A DNA stretch of 64,000 nucleotides from the human T2T-CHM13v2.0 reference genome, Homo sapiens, in assembly GCF_009914755.1 (NCBI RefSeq), contig NC_060947.1; one strand, written 5' to 3'. Positions within the stretch are counted from its first letter, which is position 1. Each line of letters begins with the position of its first letter. Under the pieces are notes generated by a model. That model was not told where the DNA came from, did not search any database, and worked only from the letters and a program-made list of their open reading frames with translations. Below are positions 52,047 to 64,000 of the stretch, piece after piece. The position numbers and the translations under genes are program-made.

Positions 52047-55020
52047 TGGAGTGCATTGTGCACATGAAGTATTTATCCACCTGTTTTATTTTCATGAAGT
52101 TCTTAGACTAGCTGAATTTGTCTTTAAAATATTTGTGCAAAGCTATTAATATACACATTTTGTAAAAAAAAAAAAAAAACACGTATATCTATACATATAT
52201 ATTTTATAATAGTGACGGCAACAGGGCTTGGTTTTTCCTTGTTGTGAAATCGACATCTCTGAAGACAGGTTATTTTATAAAAGATCAACTATCATGTTAA
52301 GAATGTACAGTTTTTATGCTGTTTTATTTGACTTAAAGGCTGGAAGACAGAAACGAAGTGAGTTCAGGCAAATTCACTGTATTGTAATTTATTTATAGTA
52401 CTTTTTTTTCCTTGAAGGAAAATACTGACTTTAAGATGTATTTTAAGACTGAAATTTTGTTCTTTAGTACTTTTCATGCAGTAGAACGGAACTTGGGGCT
52501 GGTTTGGTTTTTGACACCTGAAATGCGAACGCTATGTGCTAAATTTGTCACCGTATCATATGTGCATTTACCATGTATATTGTACACATTCACTCCCTTG
52601 ATGTCATGTTAAAATGTCCCCTGCAGTGGTTCAATCGTGACTCGGAAGCATGTGTGTGTTGCAGAGGTCAGTCTCTGGCGTGGGCCGCACGCCAACCGCT
52701 CATTTCTGTGTTGCCTTTGGAAGCATCTTTCTGTGCTCAGCGTGAGTCTGAAGCAGGCGCCAGGGCCTCTGGTGTACGGGGCTTCAGCCTGCTTGCTTGT
52801 GGTGGCTGTCTGTGGGGCTTCAGCCTGACTGTCCGTGGTGGCTGTCCATGCTGCCCGCCTCCCCCCACCCCGCCCTGTCCGACTGTAACAGACCAGGAGG
52901 GTGGCGGAGGAACTCCTGCCACGCCACTGTGTCATGAAGGAAAGTGAAAGGGAACGAGGAAGTAGGAATGCCCACGCTCGTTGACTCCGTGGGTGAATAC
53001 AGCAGTTAGGACATACACACCATCACCTTTGAAAGTGCTTGTTTGGGGGAGGGAAGGACATACGGGTAACTAGAACTACCCAGCGAGTCGTCCAGAGGAG
53101 AGGATCAGGTTTGAGTCAGGAGGCTCCCTGTACTGGAGTCGTCCCACTATTCCTCAAGAAATCTTAGAACCAGCTTGTGAGGAAAAACATTTTTTAATGT
53201 AATAAAAATATGCCATTATTCTTTGAAATGCCAAATGATATAAATATTTTGCCTAATACATATTTATTGTAGATGAAATGCACTCTTCTCGATGAGGCCT
53301 CGATTTGAATCAATGGGGTGGGCCACAGGAAATGTCAGAGGAACCAGAACTCAGAACTCTTCCTCCTGGACCTTTCTTCCCTTCCCTTGGAGGTATCCCT
53401 TTGAATCAGGCCTCTCTCTTCTCATCAGTCTGTAGCTTCCCCCCTTGTATAACCTGCTTTCCTTTTTACATTTATTAAAAGTGGATTTTGTAAAAGCATT
53501 TCATTGACACGCGACCTATCACAGACAATGGAATTCGTCAGTGGTGGTAAGACTGAAATCCTGATGCTTTTCACACTTCTTGTCTCTTGCTATGTATTTC
53601 TGCCTCTAGCCTTGCCATGTTTTGCCTTTTTTTTTTCTTTTTGGCCAATTCCTTTTTATATGTGCCCACAACAGAGGTGGGGAGACACGGAGCACCCTGG
53701 GTCCTTCCCAGCGCTGCTGGGCAGGCCCCGTCTCCAGGCCCCAGCTGTTGAAACTTTGAAGGGCAACAAACAACCATCCACACTGCCGGACCCTAGGCTG
53801 TTCAGGGAGGCAGCTCATTTCCACCCCGGCCCCAGGACACCCAGCCTGTGCCCCACAAGGATCTCTCTAAATGGGAGGGATTGAGGCTACTTTTCTGCCA
53901 AGCCCTATTAAGTAGTAATGTGGGGAAACCCACTGTGTCAGTGCAGGAAGCCCTAGACAAATGTTTTCAAATAAATTTCACTGCCCAGCCTGCACAGATT
54001 TCCATTTGAAGTACTTCCCATCCACCCTGACACCCAAAGGGGTTTTTTTGTTTTGTTTTGTTTTTGAGACAGGGTCTTGCTTTGTTGCCCAGGCTGGAGT
54101 GCAGTGACGTGGTCATAGCTCACTGCAGCCTCAACCTCCTGGGCTCAAGTGACCCTCCTGCCTCAGCCTCCCAAAGTTCTGAGATGATAGGCATGAGCCA
54201 TTGTGCCTAGCCTATTTTGATTTTTTTCTTAGAGTCAAGGTCTTGCTCTGTTGCCCAGGCTGATCTTGGACTTGCGAGCCACCATGCCTGGCTGGGTTTT
54301 TTAAAAATAGAATCTCACTGATAGCCTGCAAGAAACAGATGCAGTGCCTGCTTCCGTATCAGTCCAAGGAGCCCTCGTGTTTGCCACCTTTACCTTTGAA
54401 CCTCCCCCTGCCTCCCTGCCTGTGTCCGCTTTTGCAGCTCAATGCAGCCATGACAAGGAAAGAAAAGACAAAGGAAGGCCAGAGAGCCGCGCAGTTCTCT
54501 GCAGGTGCAGATGCAGGCAGTGGAGGTGGCCTGAGCAGGCAGAAGGACACCAAGCGCCCTATGTTGCTTGTCATTCATGACGTGGTCTTGGAGCTTCTGA
54601 CTAGTTCAGACTGCCACGCCAACCCCAGAAAATACCCCACATGCCAGAAAAGTGAAGTCCTAGGTGTTTCCATCTATGTTTCAATCTGTCCATCTACCAG
54701 GCCTCGCGATAAAAACAAAACAAAAAAACGCTGCCAGGTTTTAGAAGCAGTTCTGGTCTCAAAACCATCAGGATCCTGCCACCAGGGTTCTTTTGAAATA
54801 GTACCACATGTAAAAGGGAATTTGGCTTTCACTTCATCTAATCACTGAATTGTCAGGCTTTGATTGATAATTGTAGAAATAAGTAGCCTTCTGTTGTGGG
54901 AATAAGTTATAATCAGTATTCATCTCTTTGTTTTTTGTCACTCTTTTCTCTCTAATTGTGTCATTTGTACTGTTTGAAAAATATTTCTTCTATAAAATTA
55001 AACTAACCTGCCTTAAGAAC
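52047..55020 (+). other. WWC3: WWC3 3'UTR (~3 kb), 3' end approximate
   Basis: Follows the stop codon; U-rich and largely repeat-free until a polyadenylation signal near 55000. Confidence 0.75.
54043..54293 (-). mobile_element. Old Alu with internal deletion, inside the 3'UTR
   Basis: Right arm intact, left arm truncated. Confidence 0.82.
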
Positions 55021-55045
55021 AGAGTGGAAATGTGTGGCTTTATGG
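54960..55045 (+). terminator. Probable main cleavage/polyadenylation site
   Basis: TGTA upstream (~54966), TATAAA 54991-54996 then ATTAAA 54997-55002, GU-rich tgtgtggcttt ~30 nt downstream; L1/Alu-rich DNA begins soon after. Confidence 0.7.
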
Positions 55046-55449
55046 AAAAAGAATGTTTAATTATGGAAGCTTAAATATATAAAAATGTGTGTTTTTCAAG
55101 CATAAAAACAGAGGTATAAAATCAGAGAAAATAGCTGAACGCAGCGCTCACCCAGCTTCAACACGATCATTCACGGCTGCCCTCTCCTTTACCCTCCAGC
55201 CCACCTCCTCCTCTTAGAATTTGAAGCAAAGCCCATATAGCTTATCATTTCATCTTTAAATATTTCAATATGTATTGCTAAAAGAGAAAAACATAATAAC
55301 CTTATCACATCTTAGCATTTAATAATTCCTTACTGTTACCAAATAGCCAAGGTTTTCTCTCCCATTTATCTTGTGTCATTCTTTAACTCTTTGAACAGAA
55401 TCTAAACATGATTCACTTATTGGGATTTTTTTTGTCTGTGTTTTTCTTT

Positions 55450-56542
<1,093 letters not shown>

Positions 56543-56891
56543 TAAAATATAAGCAGGTATATAAATATGTAAGTGTGTACATACAAATATATACATGTGT
56601 GCATTTACACATATACACATGACTACACAAATATGAACACATCTATATTTGTATTTTTCTCTCCTTGGGCAAATGGTAGCATAAAAACATACTTTTCTTC
56701 ACCTGGCTTTTTTCACTTAAAAGTATATCCCAGCCAATGGTGGTGGTGCACACCTGTAGTCCCAGCTACTTGGGAGGCTGAGGTGGGAGGATCCTTTGAC
56801 ACCAGCAGTTCAAGAGTAGCCTGGACGATGTAGTGAGACTGCATTTCTTTAAAAAAAGAAAAATAGATATATCCCAGAGACCACCAAAGTC

Positions 56892-57310
56892 TGTATTGGC
56901 TGCTATAACAATTTACCACAAGCTTGGTAGCTTAACAAAAATTTATTTCACGGTTCTCAAGGCCAAAAGTGCTAAATCAAAGTGTCACCAGGGCTACACT
57001 CTCTTCAAAGGCCCTAGGGGAGGATCCTTCCCGCCTCTTCCGGCTCTTGCTGCTGCTGACAATCCTTGGCTTGTGCAAGAAACATGACTCCAGTCTTGGC
57101 CCCATCGTGACATCACCGTTCTCTCTGCGTTTCTCCCTGTCTTCTCTCTATTACAAGAACATCTGCCATTGGATTTAGGGCCTACCCGGTTAATCCAGGA
57201 TGATCGCATCTCCAGGTCTTTAATTACCTCCGCAAAGACTCTTTGCAAATAAGGTCACGTTCCCAAGTTCCAGGTAGACATATCTTTAGGCCCACCATTC
57301 AATCCACTAT
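56892..57310 (-). mobile_element. MaLR LTR (MLT1-like)
   Basis: tgtattggctgctataacaatttaccacaagcttgg...ttggatttagggcc...taatccaggatgat...aaataaggtcac. Confidence 0.7.
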
Positions 57311-57510
57311 GATCTGTCCTCTGCATCCCCCCCCTCCAAATTCACATCCAACCCACAAGCAAAATACATTCACCCCATCCCCATATCCCCCAAAGGTATG
57401 TGTAAGTGTTCTTTTCATTTTACCTTTGCACACAACATTAGTGGATGTACCATTGTTTATTCAACCATCTTCTGGTTGTTTCTAGTCATACTATTAAAAA
57501 TAATTGAACA

Positions 57511-57988
<478 letters not shown>

Positions 57989-58710
57989 TTTGCCAGGGTT
58001 TTCGTGAGATACATCCCAAGAAGTGGGATCTCTGGGTCAACAGTAATGCATGCGGCATGTTGCTGGGTGTTGCTGCATTTTTCTCACGGGGACTTTGCCA
58101 TTTTGTATTCTCACCAGCAATGTATGAGACAGTTCCCTCACAACCTCAGCAATAGAATGGTGTCACATTTGTGAGTCTTTGCCAGTTGCAGAGGTGAGAA
58201 AGCATCTCAGCACAATCAAAATTTGTGCTTATGAGCAAAGCTGCTTTAATTATAGAGGCTTGTTGGTAAGTTTTAATATCAGTTAGGGCTAGCCCTCCTT
58301 CCTTTCTTCTTTCTCAGGGCTTCCCTGGATATTCTTGCTTATTTGTTCTTTCAAATGAATTTTATAATTATCTTGTCTAGCTCCAGGGAAAAAAAATTAT
58401 GAATCTACTGGAATTGCATTAAACGTACAAATTTGGGAGAACCGCAATCTTTATGATGTTGAATCCTCTTATCCAAGAGTGTATTTCCATTTGTCCAAGA
58501 CTAATTTTGTGCCTTTCAGGAATGCTTTATAGTTTTACTCGTATGTATTTTGGATATTTCTTCATGAGTTTTTGTCTATTTTGTTTTCTGTCTTTGTCTG
58601 CATAAAGACAGAAAATAACAATAAGATAAATACACATACATGCAAGGCTATTTACCTTTTTTCAGACTTTGGTGGAAAAACTAGTGTTTCCCCATTAAAT
58701 AAGATGTTGA

Positions 58711-60118
<1,408 letters not shown>

Positions 60119-60123
60119 TCTCA

Positions 60124-60624
<501 letters not shown>

Positions 60625-60700
60625 TTAACCATGACTTTCTCAAGGAGGCCGGAAGTGGTCTCCATCCCTGAAGAAATTTGGCCCCTCTGCTTTATGTACG

Positions 60701-61790
60701 TGTATGAGTTCGCTAGGCCTGCCGTAACCAAGTCCCACAGACTGGGTGGCTTCGACAACAGACATTGATTTTCTCACTGGAGGCTGGAAGTTCAAGATGA
60801 AGGCACTGGCAGGCTGGTTTCCCGAGGCCTCTCCCCTCAGCTTGCTGCCTCCTCACGTGGTCATCACTCTGCATGCATGACCCTGGGGTCTCCTTTTTTT
60901 TTTTTCATAGGGACACCAGTCAGATGGGACTAGGGCCCCACCCTAGCGGCCTGATGTGAAAACATAACCACTTCTTTAAAGAACTTATCTCCAAATATAG
61001 TCACATTCTGAGGTACTGGGGAGTTGAGACTTCAACATATGAATTTGGGAGTACATAATTCAACCCCTAGCGGTATTTTTCCACATCACTCAACACTTCT
61101 CTCATCAGGGATTCCCCACTCTTGATTGGGAAGACCTGTTTCATGACTGTCTTCCCCATGGACTGTAAGAGGGACTCAGCAGAGGGACACAGTCACTCCC
61201 GAGCGTGGCTGACCCTCGGGCCTTGCATTCTGCCTGGTGCAGACGGAGGGCTCCGTAAATAGGAATCGGATGAATCAATGAGCCAAGGCTCTGTTCGTTT
61301 CCAATGGCTGCTGTACTTAGCGGCTTAAAACAACACATATTCATCCTTTTCCTTTTCTGGAGGGTAGAAGTCTAAACTGGGTGTGAATGGGCTAAAATCA
61401 AGTGCCAGCAGGGCTGTGTTCCTTCCATAGGCTAGTGGAGAGATTCTGTTTCCTGGCCTCTTCCAGCTTCTAGAGGCCACTTGCATTTGTTCGCTTATGG
61501 CCCTATCCTCCATCTTCAAGGCCAGCAGTGTAGCAGCTTCAAATCTCCCTCTCTGATCTCTGCTTCCATTGCCAATCTTCTCTGACTCTGACCCTCCTGC
61601 CTCCCTTTTATAATGATCCTTGTGACGACACTGGGCCCACTGGGGCCACCCAGGATCATCTCCCCACGATCTTAGGATCCCTAATCTAATCACATCTGCA
61701 AAATCTCTTTTGTCACGTAAAGCAACATCTTCACAGGTCCTGGGAATAAGGGGGTGAACATCTTTGGGGAGGTCATTCTCCAGCCCACCC
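60701..61790 (-). mobile_element. Two MaLR LTRs (MLT1A/B-like ~60701-61068; MLT1C/D-like ~61310-61790)
   Basis: ggaggctggaagttcaagat...gtcacattctgaggtactggg; ttccagcttctagaggcc...cacatctgcaaaatc. Confidence 0.7.
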
Positions 61791-62149
61791 TAGAAGCACT
61801 GAGCTTTGAAGGGCCGGTTCCTGTATTCAGTATGTATGTACTCCGGCATGCATCTCAAGTTTTGCTTTGGAACAAGTGATCAGACGCTCCCCTCTTAGAA
61901 GATTCCCAGGCTCCTGGTGAAGTCCAACGGCAGAGGCTGCACATTCAGTGGCATTTGGAAGCATCTTGTCTGAGACCTGTGGCTAGAGGCACACGGCCTT
62001 CTGGAATCTGTGCCTTTCCATTGTTCCCACTAACAGACGCTCTGGCCAGATTGCTGTTTCTACCCTGCAATTACAGGCAGAATCCCATGAGTAATAAACA
62101 CAAATTGTTTTATTGCAATGGAGTTCGTTTAAAAGAAATATTTTACTGC

Positions 62150-62345
62150 ATCATCCAATAGAATTATCTGCAATGATGGAATTGTTTTATATCTGCGCTA
62201 AAATACCGTAGTGACAAGCCACATGTAGCTCTTGAGCATCTGACATGTGGCTAGTGTGACTGAGGGACTGAATTGGAACTTTTAAGTTAAATTCATTTTC
62301 ATGTAAATAGTAACTGTGTCTAGTGGCTACCATAGAGCAGTGCAA
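62150..62345. mobile_element. MER3-like hAT relic
   Basis: tccaatagaa...ctgcaatgatggaa...agccacatgt...atgtggctagtgtgactgagg...tagtggctacca. Confidence 0.75.
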
Positions 62346-63378
62346 TTCTAGAAAAATCCCATTTCCAACCCAAGGCACCTGGACAAGGAGCAGCTTTTCT
62401 CAGAGGCCAGGTCCTGGGTGAGAAAAGCTGTTCACTGTCCAGGTGCAATAAGATAACTGACTTCTGTCTGTGCGTGGTGGAGATGCTGTCCAATGATGGC
62501 TATCGTGCATCAGTTTCCAGCTCCCCATTCAGTAGTTCGAAGCAAGGCATGGCAGGAGAATTTACACCAGGAGAATCAGCACAAGCTACAAATCAAGCCT
62601 CCCTCCCCATGCCCCACCCTTGGAGAGCTGGGTTATTTAACGATGACTGACATGCCACTGTGCATATGCCTACTGGAGGAGACAGGCCTACTGAATTGCC
62701 TTGGCAACATCTGAGTCTCCTGGCACTCACAGAGAAAAAGGAGACAGTGGCAGCTCCACAGTTCTTATTGTCAGAGAGGAAAAGCACCATATGGTTTTTT
62801 TAAGGGATGGCAACACTTCTCTTAGGCCTTAGAGCTACACGGGCTCTTTTCTCAGGCTTCCCAGCACAGACAATGTCCTTGACAACAACTCCACTCCACT
62901 GCAAAAGCAGAGGGATTTCAAAGCTGTTGTTTGTCACGTCAGTCAAGGCTGTCACTTTGGATCGATGTCAGGGCAATGGGGTCTGAGTTTGCAGCTTTTG
63001 GATGTCTGCTGAGATCTGTGAACACAGCCCAGAATGCCTAGAAAAGGCTGGATTGCATATTCTTATATCCCATGTCACTTACTTATTCCCCAAATCTTTT
63101 AGGATGCTGGCCATGTGCATAGCCCCCAGCTAGGTATGGAAGCAACTCATTCATTCATTCATTCATTCATTGGAGATGGTGTATTCAGGTGTAAAGGAGT
63201 TCAGGATACAAAGATAGATGAAATAGGGTCTTCACCTCCAGGTTTTATAAGATCCCCCATTTATAGAATAATTTACCAGATACTCAGGGCTGGAATTTGG
63301 AGGAGGTGAGGGAGGCACTTACCTTGGGTGCAAAACGTAAGAGGGCACCACAAAAATCAGTAATCAAGATAATATACT

Positions 63379-63763
<385 letters not shown>

Positions 63764-64000
63764 AATTTATAAAATCAAAATTAGTGCAGAAAATTACAAT
63801 GTACAAGATATGAACATTTTAAATAAGGACAGGCTGTTGTGGTTTGTTTCACTCCCCTTCAGTGTTGGGCAAGGGAGCATAGTCAATTCCAATCAGCGAG
63901 GGGTTACTTGGCCAGGAGGTATCTGAAGGGGAGGTTTATGTGGGTGCAAATAAATTGGGCCACGGGGAGCATTATACATAGTTTCTGTGCGTGTGTGTTT

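Overview
Primate genomic DNA, almost certainly human Xp22.2, containing the 3' two-thirds of WWC3 (KIBRA/WWC family Hippo-pathway scaffold) on the + strand. I traced 18 GT-AG coding exons from 1307 to the TGA at 52044-52046. Their phases join into one open frame of 966 codons plus stop: coiled-coil, Ser-rich region, DSGVFE degron, C2 domain, aPKC-binding segment and C-terminal PDZ-binding ADDV. The WW-domain exons lie upstream of the window. A ~3-kb 3'UTR ends near 55020, followed by ~9 kb of repeat-dense intergenic DNA. Introns carry many Alu, MaLR/ERV LTR, L1, L2/MIR and DNA-transposon relics; subfamily names are by eye and boundaries are approximate. The most interesting unexplained structure is in the intron 28232-33161. 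It holds a ~55-bp-period tandem array of six co-oriented CTCF-like motifs (30088-30348), followed by two candidate microexons (7 nt and 11 nt) that each shift frame alone but restore it together, just upstream of a NAGNAG acceptor and the degron exon. Also notable are a tail-less AluY fragment that looks template-copied, two closely spaced inverted Alu pairs, an A28 tract inside an AG-exclusion zone, and a 169-codon ORF in the 3'UTR. Most six-frame ORFs are repeat-derived or antisense noise.
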